NCBI GenBank assembly: GCA_018398765.1
Contig: JAHBMJ010000451.1
Span: forward strand, 1 to 47,540
Direction: 5' to 3'
Source: Chromera velia
Lineage: Eukaryota
Length of the DNA: 47,540 nucleotides
The stretch's first letter is position 1. Each line of letters opens with the position of its first letter. Shown here one piece after another: positions 23,571 through 37,241 of the stretch. Position numbers and translations under genes: made by a program. Below the pieces are notes generated by a model. It was not told the DNA's origin, ran no database searches, and saw only the letters and a program-made list of their open reading frames with translations.

Positions 23571-26500
23571 TTGATCGATGTGTGTCTCTTTCTGTCTGTT
23601 TTTGTTTCTGTCTGTTTGTCTTTTCCTAGAGTTTCTTTTCTTTACTCGAGTACACTTCAGACTGATGAAGACGAACAGAAAAGATAAACAACAAAAGAAC
23701 GAAGGAAGAAGAATACGGAGTCCATTTCGAGTTTCGAGCGAAAGGAAACACACGCACACGAAACAAAGAAGGCGGCAATGAAAGAAGTGAAGCAGAACAG
23801 ATGCAAAGAAAGAAACTTGAGGGGGGCTTTTTTGCCTCATTTCTCCCTACGTACATTCCTTCTCCCCCCCCTCTTTGATGATGCAGTCGCTGCCTAGGCA
23901 TACACGTTTTGTACCATCAATTGAGCACCAATATCCACTGCTTGTACGCCGAGGACGTGCATGGCATGAAAAGAAAAAAAAAGACACAATACAACCAAGG
24001 CAAGCAGAGATGCCTTGCACACACAAAGAGGAGGGGTAAGGTTGCAGGAACAAAATGGGGGTGGCCGCTCCGGTTCGTTTTCCTTCAAAGGAGTCCCATT
24101 TGACCCCTAGCTCCTCCACTCCCTCCCGCTAGCTCTCCTATTTATTCCTTCCTTCCTTCCTTTCTCTTCCTTCCTTTTTGCGAGCGAAATGGCAATGCCT
24201 CAGCCAAGGTTCCGAAAATTTTGCATGGGCGCATGTGAAAATTCAATCGCTTTGAAAGCATTTCACGCTGAAACAAAGAAAGAAAAGTGAAGGTCTGCCA
24301 TCGCTATCTTGCAGCCTTCCATTCCTCTCAAACCTTCCACAGAAAGAAATTGATTTTTTACTGCTGAAAAGAACATGAGGGACACGGAGACAGAGAAAGA
24401 TAGATCACGAATATGGCCGTTCCGGTTTCTTCGTACTTCCTTTTTCTCGTCTGGATGTCTATCAGGATTGTCTTCAGAGTGAGTAGTACATCATGACATG
24501 AGTACAGGACAAACAAAAGTCAAATAAGCCCCACAATATGATCGCGTCTGTTTACCTCCTTTTAATTTACCCTTTTAAAGCAAATTTTCGACTCCTTGCA
24601 CTTTTGCTTTGATCAGTTCTCTTCTGAATCCCCCTCTCTTAAAAGCTTCTTTCTATCCCTTCCTTGCACTTCCATTCTCTCCCGTCTCCAACCATTCTGT
24701 CCTCTATGGTCCTTCCTGTGTAGCGGTTTCGCACCGTGCGGGTGGGCGAGTTGGTCGTGTGGAGACAAGAAAAGAAGGGGAGAGAGAATTCGGTGCAAAG
24801 GATGGTCGGTCACATGGCCGTTTTCTTTTTTCTCACTTCAATCGAAGAATTAACCTTGAAACAGGTTGCTCCATCACACACTCGAAAAGGAGAAGAAGAA
24901 GAACAAGAAGAAACAACCTGCTTCCGAAGCACGACCTCCTGCCTGCCGTGTGCGCTCAAAAGGAGCAAAGCAGCATTCGAACGCGCATGCAAGCACGAAT
25001 ACAAGGTGCATGAAAAGAAAAGAAAAAAGGCTCAAATTGATGGAAGAGAAGAAGAAGGAGAGAGGATGGCCGTGCCGGTTTCTCCTCTCTTACTTTCCTC
25101 TACAGATGGGTGGATGGATGGATAGTCGGATGGGTGCGAGGATGGATTGATGCAGCGTTCAACCCGTTGCGTAGTTGCTCAGGCATGCCAAGGAAAAGAC
25201 CATCAAAAGTCGACCTGACCGAATCGGAAGACAGAATGCCCTCACGCTCCAATTTGTCCTTTTGAAGGAGCAAGATGATGACTTCACAAATGCATGACTG
25301 CTCTTCGCCCTCCCCGCCCTCACCCCCTTCCACATACGACAACAGTTTCCATCCCCTCCATCCCCCCTACAAAATTATTCCCTGCCTTCCTCGCGTTTTT
25401 CTTTTAATGCCCACACGGTTTGTGTCCATGCTCTGTCATGTGCATTGTCGGAGCTGTCGGTCGTCGAGCGCATCAGCGCATCTTCTCTCTCTTCACTCTG
25501 GCTGGAGGTCTGTCTGTATGTGCGTCTCGTCTTGTGAAGACGCAGGCGGCACTGCGGCCTTTTCGGCTGCTGTTTTGCTTCTGTTCCTCCGCCAGTGAAT
25601 CCGTGAGACATGCAGAGAACGCCGCTTTGCTTTATTCACACGTGTGCCTGTCCACTTCCAACCAGCAGAAAATCTCCACGTGAACGGGAGACCGAAAAAG
25701 AGAGAGAGAGTTGGAGTCCGTTTTTCATTTGACCGCAGAGGCTTCTTTTCTTTGTCGCGTTCTTTTTGTACTTTCTTCTCGGGGAGATCGTGCAGGCCGG
25801 ACTGTAACCTAGAAGAATGATGCTGATCATGAGAGCAGCCAAGGGAAGAGGTCGCGAGTCTTTGAGCGAAACAAGAAAATGCCCCAAGCAGTCTTTGCCC
25901 TCCGGTTGCGTGGACTGCTGACTTTTTGTTAATCCGTCAAGATTCACGGAAAAGCAGCAGACCACGTTGAAAACCGCTGTGCCCTGCCTTTTTCTTTTTC
26001 TTTCTTTCTTTCTTTCTTTTTTGGTCAACGCTCCAAAGAAAGAAGATGCAAGAAGGGGGGCGCCGATGACAGAAGTGCGTCTGATCACTAGATTCACCGA
26101 TCCGAAAACCTGTCTGAAACCAAAGGAATACTAGCGCTCATTTGTTTTGTGAGCATGCCGAGCACAATTGTCGAGTTTCGTTCAATTCGAGTTCTCACGC
26201 AGTTGATTGTCGAGCGCGGCCCTGCGGCTGGTTGGAGGTTCATCAACCGTGATTGCATGAAAGCTTTTCTTTCAAAGTCTCCTTTTTAATCGCTTTGCCT
26301 GATTGTACTCAGAGTCTGGACAACATTTCAGAGAACGAAGCATCAAAGCGCTTTTCTTTTTACAAGCGCCTCGCTTCCCAATACACACCTCGTGTGCTTC
26401 TGATCTGGATCGATCGCGAAGGCAAAAAGAAAAGAATGGGGATCCTAAATTAGAAGGCAAGCAGACTGCCAGGGTGTCGGTATGCGGGCAGTCAGACGCA

Positions 26501-27941
26501 CTCTTTGAAGTGTGCGCTCGTTCTTTGTTACTTTCTCTCTTTTTGAGTTCTTTTTTTCATTTCGAGCTAGATGAGATGGGGCAGACTGCACCAGCAGTCA
26601 CTGTGCACTGGTGAAAAAAGAACGGAAAACTGAGTCGGGTGTATAAAACAAAGCCGAATTTTCATTTGTTTTTTCTGTGCAAGCAAGCAATCATCCAAGG
26701 GGCCGTTTTCAAGGTCCCGGACCGACTTCCCTGCAGCTGGAGCTGCGTGGGGATTGTTTTGAGTTCAAGATTGATGCCAAATTTCGTGCTCCCTCCAATG
26801 TATTTCTTTCGAATTCTCCATTTAGAGTTATTTTCTCTTTCTTTCCCTCTTTTGGAATGACTTATTCCTGTCATGCATTCAAACGATCGCCGTCATTTCG
26901 GTAAAGGTTTCGAGGGTACCTTTTAATTGTGGACCGAGAAGCCACTTCCGGGCAGGGGTTTTTTTCTCCGTTTGCCCCCGGATGACATACATATGCGTGC
27001 AGGCGACTGCTTTAATGGGAAACCCAGTTCAATATTAAAAGAAAGAACCCGATCGTTCTGTGCGCACTTGGGGTGTGGTGCGCCTACTTCATGCTAAGGT
27101 CGATTTCTTTCGGTTTCTTTTTTTCTTGAATTTTGTTTGATTGATGTTCAATCTCGTAACGAATCGTACGTTATCAAATTGGTGATACCTACATTCAAGC
27201 TTCAAACTGGATATATGTTTCATTAGTAGTTTGTGGCCGGCTTTGTTTTTCGTTTGAGACTGAAAAAGAACTGGCCAAAGAACTACAAAGAACTGATTAA
27301 AGCTAATACCAAACTAGGTACCAAAGTCACTATTCACCCAAAAGTAAAAGCTTTTTTTCAAAGTCTTTTAAGTTTGATTCAAATAAATGTTTAGCATATA
27401 TATATATAGGATGCACTGATTTATATAGTATGTATATTTTGTCTAAGATATTGAGGAAAAATATTAAAAAATATTTCTGAAGGAAGTTGTACAGAGCAGG
27501 TGCTGCTGAGGTGCATCTCTGTAAAGCTCTGCACGGTAATAAAAAGTAACAGAGGGTAATTAGGTAAGTGGTTTTCCCTCCTGTTAAATGAAAAAATGAG
27601 TTATGCCCGTACGTATACTAATCTCAGGACTCTTTAGAGTCTCTTAGCTGATTACAATAAAACTGATTGAACTGCCCCTTGATGCGGTACATTACGATAT
27701 GTAGGGTATACCAGGACCTTACATAATTGCTATCAATCGATACAGTCATGTCTTGTCTCATCTTGGCAGACTTTCGTCCACCATAGTGTGCGTGCAACAG
27801 ATCTATGCCAGGGCTATCCAGGGCCCCCCTGCTACCCCCTGCCCATACAGTGCCCCCCCATACAATGGCCTCCTAGCTTCCGATCACGAGTACCCCCGAG
27901 GTACTCATCCATGCAATACAATGATTTTAAAAATGTATAGT

Positions 27942-28833
27942 CAGGCTTTTTAAGTTTCTAGACACAGCGGCGTTTACGATCAAATGCTGCGGTGCTGCGG
28001 AGCGGCACCAAGCGCCGCGGAGCGCCCAAAGGGCGCACCGCGACGCGCCACGGTTGTAAAACCTTGAAAAAAGGGGGGGAACCGTGGCGTAATTATTTTG
28101 GTCTTTACCTTTTCTGAGATTAGTTGAACTACATTGATCAGCAATTGATCAAATTTATCACTGAAATACCTTAAAAAAAAAATTTTTTATGCCTGCAGCG
28201 CTCAGAAAAAACCGTTTTTTAATAATATGGTATATATGGGGCCATATTTTATGTCCTAAACATACAGGGGGCCGGAAGCGCCACCGCGGAGGGGCCTGGA
28301 AGGAACCACAGCGCAGCTGCAGTGCTAAAAATGGCCGTTCTAGAAAGCCATAGAAATTGATTGATTGAGGGTTTTTTCATGTATGCCGCATCCCCATATA
28401 TGGGAGGTGGATCGAACCTAGTTTATCAATTTGTTCAGTTCTAAAACTACCAGCGACAAAAATAGGCATGACTTCGATCACTTTGATACAGCTGATCAAT
28501 CGCGGCCTCACAACACGTTGGAGAATCAAAAGAGAGAGAAAAGAGATAGAGGGGATACAGGGCAGAACCTTTGAGACACTTCAGTTCTTTCATTGAAAAA
28601 AGGCTACCCTTTTAATCTGAAAGACCTTAATTGTGCAGAGGTGCATCCCGCACGTCTTCCATCCCTTCAAAGAACTCCTACTTTAAACATCCCATCAAAA
28701 CTCTTTCTTTAAACTCAGTTCCCCAAACTTTTCCGATTTATTTGCTTGCGTTTTTACCCATCCCTTTTCTTTCTTCTCATTTTCTTCTCGCATTGCCAAA
28801 GAAATTCCTTCAGTTTGCGCCATAGAAAGCCTG
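27942..28833. mobile_element. Non-autonomous TIR element (hAT-like MITE, ~420 bp without the nested insert)
   Basis: Left end CAGGCTTTTTAAGTTTCTAGA. After removing the nested retro-fragment, the right end reads (reverse complement) CAGGCTTTCTATGGCTTTCTAGA. 8-bp flanks TGTATAGT (27934-27941) and TGCGTAGT (28834-28841). Confidence 0.65.
28357..28818 (-). mobile_element. 5'-truncated copy (3'UTR only) of the CRE-like non-LTR retrotransposon
   Basis: Colinear and highly similar to ~43687-44137. (TCAA)n tail on the - strand. TSD GCCATAGAAA at 28347-28356 and 28819-28828. Confidence 0.9.
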
Positions 28834-29452
28834 TGCGTAGTTCTGATTTCGCGCAACATGCGCCCGAGGTTTTTGTTCAATTAAGTGGGAATCGTTTTGT
28901 CGATACCCTTGTGCATGCAACACAGTGCAACACGTATATATATACGTAGCACGGCAACACCAGTGCACGTATACTCACAGAGGCACAATTTGCAGTGTTT
29001 GCACAGTCAGACAATCTCATACGAGTCATACAGGCTCCATGCGAAGCGATATGATTGCTCGCCCGAACACTGTGATTGAGCCTGAATCTGTTCAAGCATC
29101 CAGAGTAAAGGTACTTTCTCAGTCTGAAACCTCTGTCTAGAACGGTATTTATGCATGTGATTGTTCCGACATCAGCAATTCAAAACCGCCGTTCTGGAAA
29201 CGATCAAGCGGTGTGTACTTCTTGACATCTGCGTGGCCACACGACAGTCAAGGCCACCGCACAGACAACAATCCAAGGGTCAGGGAGTAGTGCACGCCAC
29301 TTGTGTGTGAGCAGGACAGCTGCTCAGTGTAACGTTGTGCTTCAACTCAACAGTGTAGACTTCACTCTCCCCTGTTTCAGAGTCAACGGCCCATCAAAAC
29401 AGCCTCACCGTCTGAGCCCGTGGCCCAAGCTGTATATGAGAAGCGAGGGAGG

Positions 29453-29789
29453 ATGCAGTCCAAGCGCAGCATTTTCTTCTTTATGGTGGTGATGCACCTC
29501 CTGTTTGGCTTTCTGATTGCCGATATGGTGCTGAACACAACCTTCGAGATTGGGTTCCCTGCAAAGGAAGACGAGAACATCGAGCTCGTTGCCATCTTTT
29601 GGTCCGTCTACTTGCTCCTGAGGCTCACACTGACTTACTCAGCAACAGCCTGTTTGTGTGAACTCTCAGGATTCTGCAAACTCAAGCCTCATTCATACTT
29701 ACTGCTCAAGTACTCACTCACCCAGTCATTCACTTCCTCACTCGCTTACTTGCCGTCACAGTGACTCGCACGTTCTCATTCACTCACTT

Positions 29790-29857
<68 letters not shown>

Positions 29858-29881
29858 GCACGCACGCACGCGCGCAGGGGG

Positions 29882-29914
<33 letters not shown>

Positions 29915-31502
29915 AGAGAAAGAGAGAAAAAAAGAAGACGCACAGAGAAAGAGTATCTGGTTGACGTGGATCTTCTGGTCTCTTCTCCCTTTCCGTTTGT
30001 CCACAGTCGTGGGCACAAACCTGACCAATCTGCGTACAACAATGTGCAAATCAGTTAATTCTCTCCTCTCCCCTTGATCCCTTCAATTCCTTTCTTTTTG
30101 TTTCCCTTACCTGCAAGCATGCATGCAGCATCCAGGCCATCCTGAGGGTGTTCACGGTTCTCTGTTTCTTCACTCTCCTCTGGCAGACTTTTCTCCTTCG
30201 CATCGGTCTGCTGAGTTACGCCTTCCAAAAGTTCAAGTTGGTCTTCTTCGTCTCCATTGTATCTCTGGTCGTCCTGCTGGTCGTGAGGATACCTCGACTG
30301 GTCGGTCAGCTCGCCTCGTCTCGTCTCAGCTTTGTTTGACAGACAGTGTGAGAAGGGACCAGGAAGGGGAGAGAGGTCAAAAGGCGAAGATGGAGATAAT
30401 TCCTGACGCAGTAGCGTTAGTTCTGGGCTTCCACATGCGCGCAGAGGGAATCTAGCCGTGAGGGGGGCGCCCCACTGTTCTCTTTTCGGGCGATGCCGTC
30501 GACTCTTTCGTCCCTTTTCATCCTTCAGAGAGAGGGCCTTTACTATTTTCTTTCCAATAGAGTCCATCTTCATAATCGGCCGCAATGTCTTGCGTGCAGT
30601 CCGTTTTTAACACTTGTCGGCAAGCGATATGCAAGTTCATTACACGAGAGAGAGTGTGGACGCACGAGAGAATGTATTGATGCTCATTTTTTGAAGACTT
30701 AGAAACAAGCCAGAAACATTCTGAATATGAGCATCGTGTGCGAGTGCAGACACGAGAAGACAGACTGATGCCTATCAACGACCTCCTGTATAGATGTGGA
30801 TTCGCACTACAAACAGCAAGTCAGTCCCGGGATTGAAAGAAAAACCCATGAGCTCTTATCAATCTTGCAGATGTGTCTTCCACGCAATTCATGCAGACTT
30901 TCTTGACTTTTTTTCTCTTTTTTTGCTTTCCTGTATGAAGACCGGGGCTTCCTCTTTACCGTTGATGGGTTTCTTTATTCCTTCTTTTTTGCCCGTCCCT
31001 TTCTTTCTTCAGTCTTTCGTTCATCAAATCTTGTTTACCATTCCTTTTTCAAGCACAGGAAAAACATCCGCTTTCCTGTTGTTCTGCTTTTGGGTAGAGC
31101 CGTTTCTCTGTTCTCTTCACTCATTGTCTTCACACCTGTTGGCTTTCACACTTTTCTCCTTTGAGTTTTGTGCTTCTACTCTTTCAGGTGTCAGGACACC
31201 TCTCTTTTGTTTTTTCTTCGCACACTGTTTTGTTAGCTTACCTTCTCGCTTGCTCGTCACTCTTGGGCAATCAGTCCCAGCCTTGTTGCTCTATCGTGTA
31301 GTTAGATTAATTGCCTTTCTGCCTGCTTGCCTGCCTGCCTCGTCCCTTTCCTGAATGGCAGCGTCCTTTCATCTATTCGTCCATCTGTTCGTCGTCCTTT
31401 CCCTCCTTTCTTTCTTTCTTTCTTTCTTCCTTCCTTCCTTCTTCCCTTCCTTCCTTCCTTCCTTCCATCCGACGTTTCCTCCATCCTTGCCTTTCTTTCT
31501 CC

Positions 31503-31535
<33 letters not shown>

Positions 31536-31582
31536 TTTCTTTCTTCCCCCCTTTTTTCCTTCCTTCCTTCCTTCCTTCCTTC

Positions 31583-31613
<31 letters not shown>

Positions 31614-31906
31614 TTCCTTCTTTCTTTCTTTCTTTCTTTCTTTCTTTCCTTTTTCTTTTCCTGCTTGCTTTCTTACTTCTTTCCCTTCTCTCTTAATGCG
31701 CAGCGCCCTCCTCCCTCTCTTAGCAAGAGTCCTCAGAAAACTCCTGTTTGGCGTCCTTCGGCTGACTTTTTTCTCTTGCATTGACCTCAATTGGTTGTGG
31801 CACTGCAGTGTCGATTGCGTACTACGTGGTCTACTTGCGAGCAGCTTTCCGACTGGGAAGGCCCTATTTCTACAAGGCAGAGCTGTGGACAGAAGGGGGG
31901 CCTTGA
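29453..31906 (+). CDS. TMEM138: Ciliary transmembrane protein TMEM138 homolog
   Basis: Exons 29453-29601, 30129-30300, 30750-30819 and 31809-31906 join in phase: LIADMVLNTTFE..IQAILRVF..WQTFLLRIGLLSYAFQKFK..SIAYYVVYLRAAFRLGRPYFYKAELW. This matches the TMEM138 pattern (TFVFQAGL..LFHKFK; YKRTAVRLGDPHFY). Confidence 0.82.
31397..31685. repeat. Intronic (TTTC)/(TTCC) polypyrimidine microsatellite
   Basis: Direct inspection. Confidence 0.95.
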
Positions 31907-32404
31907 AGCACTGACGGAGTGGTATACAGCTGTTCAGTAAACAATCATGACTGCAAACGTTGAGTTACTGCAAGACACATTCAAAGCGTGATCACCGTGG
32001 TGAGGACGTCAAACTTGAATCGCAGCTTTACACTTGTTTGTTAAGAGCTAGTCCAATAAAGAAATTTGAACCATAAGACAAAACAACGTGAAAACTAGCG
32101 TGATGATCGATTTTGAAATAAATTTATAGAACAAATTTGACATATTATAGCGTATAAATAAAAATTGTTTCAATTACCAGTGGAGCTCTAGTTGGAGCTA
32201 AGCGGTCTGAGTTAAAAATGATTCTTTGGCTGACTGTTTGACCACTAGTTTCATAAACAATTAAACAGATCTTTTACATGATAATCCTATGAGTAGGTTT
32301 ATCGATCTAAAAGAAAACTTCTTTTCTGAAAAACAAATACAATTTAAAAACTTGAAAACGTTTTTTGAAAGGCAATTTAAATTCAATTTATACTAGAATT
32401 TATA

Positions 32405-32620
32405 CTAGGCACCGGCTAGAGAAAAAAAAAAAAAAGGAGACGATCTCGGGAGATTTTTTTTTTTTTTTTTACTTTTTGACGCTGAACAACACTTAACAAC
32501 ACTTGTGCAACACACAAACAACACTTGTGCAACAGTTAAACAATAGTTGTTTAACTGAAAAAGAAAAAAAAAAGAAGACGATCTACGGAGATCTTTTTTT
32601 TTTGTCTAGCCGGCGCTTAG
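32405..32620. mobile_element. 216-bp MITE with 16-bp TIRs and a perfect 8-bp TSD (hAT-like geometry)
   Basis: CTAGGCACCGGCTAGA (32405-32420) and TCTAGCCGGCGCTTAG (32605-32620), 2 mismatches, extended by A/T runs. AATTTATA at 32397-32404 and 32621-32628. Internal repeats AGACGATCT..GGAGAT and AACAACACTT. Confidence 0.85.
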
Positions 32621-34749
32621 AATTTATATGGGAATTTGGGATCACGTCTGCAAAAAAAGTTTAAAAAACTTCAAAAAAGGCTTTAATTATATAATCACTT
32701 GCAGTATATAAAAATAACATATTTAAAAAATATATTTCAAAACCAATATGTAAACATATTTCAATTTTTTAATTTCAAGATTTTTCAAGTTTTTTTTTTT
32801 TTTTCTTTTCTTACAGTACGTCGCCTAATACAAAGTTAGTAATGATATTTAAATTACATTAATTCCAGTATAGATTCCAGTATTGGTTATACTATACAGA
32901 TTAGTTATGATCGACGAAGGCCACGTGCACTATGTAATTATAAGTTTAGCAAATGCTAGAGCAAATGCCTTTTCAATTTATTTTTTAAAAGCATTTTTAA
33001 AACAATGTTGACATTAAAATTTTTGAAGTAGAGACCAGTCTTCTCGACTGCTTACAGCAATCGTGACTCGTCATCGATGGTTATAAAGAGGTGAATGAAT
33101 AACCAAAAGAAAGGGCCTTCTGAAAGGCTTGAGGAAATTAAGGCTGGAAGCCTGCATTTTAGAGGAGCTGGGAGCCAGAAAGATGAACGATCGTTCTATA
33201 CAGACTACAGTGGCCTGCAGGGCCACGCTACATCGTTCGATTAATATGGGCTTCTACGCTAGTTCTAGCTTGCGAAGCCACACACTGGATGCATAAATAA
33301 AACATCCAGTCGATTTGTTCACTCTTTTTTTCTCTTCTCGTCTTGCAGACGACGACAAAGAAAAGGGCTGTACGTACGGGCCTTAAACTGCAGGCCACGA
33401 ATCTATTCCAAACCCCCAGGTAGAGAGAATAAATAAGACGAGGCTGACAGCACCGTGATGACAAAAGCTTGTCTGTTCACTATTATGAGGACACGGATGA
33501 TTGAAACCCCCCCAAAGCTGGAGTTTATCCATCCTACCCCGCTCGATCAACCGAAGCTGGGGAAAGGAACTAAGAAAGGAAACGGGTCTCCTTACTTACT
33601 TAGCAAGACAATCAATGCATTCTATGCTCTAGCTGGCATCCTTTCATTCTTCACCTCTTATTCCCTCTTCCTTTAGGCACCAGTTGCTTTGACAGAAAAG
33701 TCGATCCATCCATTCATTCGTGCATGAACGACAGGCACGAGGCTGATCTTTTCCGTCCGTACCCATACTTTTTGCACCTCACTGGCAAAAGACAGTCCAA
33801 TGCATGGTCTTCTGTCTTTCTCTGCGTCTCTCTATGATCATGATAGTCACCAAGGTCCAAGGCAAGCTTCTTTGTCAGCAATCCCACACTTCACTCCAAA
33901 TCTTCTTTCGCTCTCTCTCCGGCTCTCCCCTCTTCTGCATTCACACTGAAAGCAGGTGGGTAGGAGGTCGCGGCATTCAATTCCTTTCGATCAAGCTTGT
34001 GATACAAAAAACTGGCTTGATTGATTGATGCCTGTCACATTTCTTCCTTCCTTCTGCCATTCACTCAGCGAGCGACTGCACACGCAGGAACTCAAAATCA
34101 TTCATTGTTGGCTGATTACTTGTCTCTTCTTTCCTGTTCCATTCTTGTCTTCGGGAGACCGTTGCTCGAGCCCCTTGCAGCTTTCCTTCCTGGCTCCCTG
34201 GGCAGCTGCATACAATCATTCCGATTTGGTCAGCTAAGCACCTCGTCTTTCAAGTCTTGTGTACACGCGGACGGAAGAAGAGACACCGCCGCCATGCCGA
34301 GAAGAGGCAGAAGGATCGATGCATGCACAGACAGACAGAGAAGCAAAACAGAAAGAAGGGCAGGAAAGACCTCCCTCCCTGACAAAAACACAGGCAGAAC
34401 CCGATTGAGGCGACCCGCACATTACAGTGCAAGCTTTCTCTTTCTCTTTCACACACAACTCCTCATTCCATTCCGAACTGACTTCTCAGCGACCTCCCCA
34501 CGCCGTTGCATGTGAGGAATGAATGCAGTAAATGAGAGAGAGAGATCCTCCCACCAGACAGGCAGGTAGGCAGGCAGTCAAGCGACAAGAGACGAGAAGA
34601 GAAAAGTCGAGTCAGGTTAAGACGAGGCAAGGCGAGGTGGGGCAGAAGAGACGAAGCAAGTACGTAAGAAACCAGCAGGTATGCAACAGCAAAAGAGGAG
34701 ACCAATTTTGGTCCATCCTCCCATTGAATTCTATGAGTGTCGATCTCTT

Positions 34750-34952
34750 CGTTCTTTCTTCCTTTGCTTCCTTCCTTCCTTCCTTTCTTTCTTTCTTTCT
34801 TTCTTTTTTCCTTCCTTTCTTTCTTTCCTTCTTTCTTCCTTCCTTTGCTTTCTTCCTTCCTTCCTTCCTTTCTTTCTTTCTTTCTTTCTTTCTTCCTTTG
34901 CTTTCTTCCTTCCTTCCTTCCTTTCTTCCTTCCTTCCTTCCTTCCTTTCTTC

Positions 34953-34983
<31 letters not shown>

Positions 34984-35017
34984 TTCTTCCTTCCTTCCTT
35001 CCTTCCTTCCTTCCTTC

Positions 35018-35048
<31 letters not shown>

Positions 35049-35090
35049 TCCTTTGCTTTCTTCCTTCCTTTCTTTCTTTCTTTTTCTTCC
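34750..35090. repeat. (TTTC)/(TTCC) microsatellite
   Basis: Direct inspection. Confidence 0.95.
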
Positions 35091-37241
35091 CCTCATTTTT
35101 TTGTCTCTTTTTCTGTCTGGTCGGTCTGCCTGTGTCTTATCTGAAGTGCAAGCAAGTGAAGAATTAACAAAATGCAAGAGGAGAAGAAAGGAGAGACAGG
35201 CTACATACTGCCTTCCACGCTGCTCGCTCCCCTCTCTCCCCAATACTTGCCCATCTATGTCTCCGGTTTCGAACAGCGTCTTCGGCTGCCTCTCCTCCCT
35301 TCCTTTCTGTTGCCCTCCCTCTTTCTAGCTGCCTTCCCTTCCCTTCCCCGCCTGCCACCGACACCAACAGGAAGACGTTGTTCGGTTCAGGCGAAAGACG
35401 GGAAGGGAAAGGGATGAGCGATTCAACCCAATGACCACTTGCCTTTCTTTGCATTTGCTTAACGAATAAGAAAGAAGAAACGGCGCAGAAGAACAGAAGG
35501 GAAGAGAAGAGAAGAGAAGAGAAGACGACAGGACAGGCCGACCTTCTGACAAAAACAAACGAGAAAGGCCGACCAAAAGGTAGAGGAAGAAATTAGGGAA
35601 GCATGCGTCGACGTGAATTTCACAGGAAGAAGAGAAGAGGAGAGGGTGTGAAAGGATGGATGGATGGATGGATGGAGGACACAGCAAGCACCTGCTGGCA
35701 CAGTGCCGTTCTTCGACAGCACACCACACTCTCAAACACACAAATACAAATACACAGACGCAAACAGACAAGCAGGCAGTCGCACACTGTCGATCGGAAT
35801 TGTCCGACAGGTCAATCAATCAATCCTCGCAGGAGAAAAGACAAGAGAAAGAAGAGGACGGACCGGTCAAGAAGGAAGAAAAGAAAAAGGAAAGAAAGAG
35901 GGAAGGAAGCCGGAGGAAGGTCAGCCTACTGCTGCCAAGCCTCGATTGGGATTTCAAACAAACAAACAAACAAACAAACACACACACACACACACACACA
36001 TACACACACACACACACAAACAAAAAGATTCACACACATTTTCCATTCCGTCCTTCCTACGCACGCACCTGCCCCTTTCCACTTCAAATTCTCAGGAGAA
36101 AACAAAATCGGGGGGGGAGATGAGCGCAGATCGCAAGAGAGAGAGGAATGCAGGCAGAACATCGATAGAAGAGAGCATAATAGAAAAGAAAAAACAGAAA
36201 AGAAGGACGGACGACGAGGAAACGCGAGAAAAGAAAAAGTCTTCCGAAAGGCAGCCAGGAAGGAAGGCCAGTGCACTCACTTCTTTCATTAATGCAAAGA
36301 AGAAACAGGAGGGACCTCCCTCGAAAGCCTCGCTCCTTCATTTTAGTATCATGCAGACAGGCACACACACACATACACACACACACTTCCGGGAAGGCCG
36401 ACTCGATGTAAGAAGGATGACAGAAAAGGAAAGAGGGAAGAAAGGGAACTTCAAAAGCTTTCAAGGAGAGGCAGAAGGGGGCCTCCCGCTCTCTCTATAT
36501 GATTTAGACTAACATTCGAACACAACGATCGATCGATGCATTCCTTCATTCACGACAGTGGTGACACATTCCGTTTTCTGCTCTGCTTCTCATTTCCGGC
36601 CAGGCAATTCCAAACCGAACCCTCATTCAACTATGCCTCTCTCTGTACCCAACTGGAAAGAGACGGGAGAAAGGAAGGCCACCCAGAGGCAAACATGCTG
36701 TTCCCGAAAGGTCCTTTTTGCATTTTACTCTGTGCTGATCTCTCAACCATTTCTCTCTCTCTCCTTCCTGACTGCCACAGGGGCCGGAAGGTAGGTTGAC
36801 AACAAGAACAAACAAAACAAGGGGGGAGGGAAAGCAAGCAACAGAAAGAAGGAAGGCGGCTAGTTGCTCTCCTTCCACTCAGTCCGTTGTCAACTCTCTC
36901 TGCTTGCTTCGCGTTTGCAATACTAATTAGAACTGCACTTCGTCCATTTCGATTAAACCGTTTGTCGTCTCCTTGCTCTTTTCGTCCTGTCTGGCTTGCA
37001 ACGTTTTGTCCGCTAGCCAGACACAGAGCTCGATAAGAAAGGAGCCTTCCCTCGTATTCGCCTCTTCTACGGCAAGGTTTGGTTCTTTGCTTTTTTCATA
37101 CAGAGCTTCAACAAGCCTTCTTCCTCTTCCTTCCTGTCCAGTTTGATGCCCTTTGGGCCTTTGGGTGAAACAACAAAAGGCTGTTTTTGGTTGGTCTGAA
37201 TATTTCGCGTCTACGTGCCATCCCAGTTCACTCACTCACAC

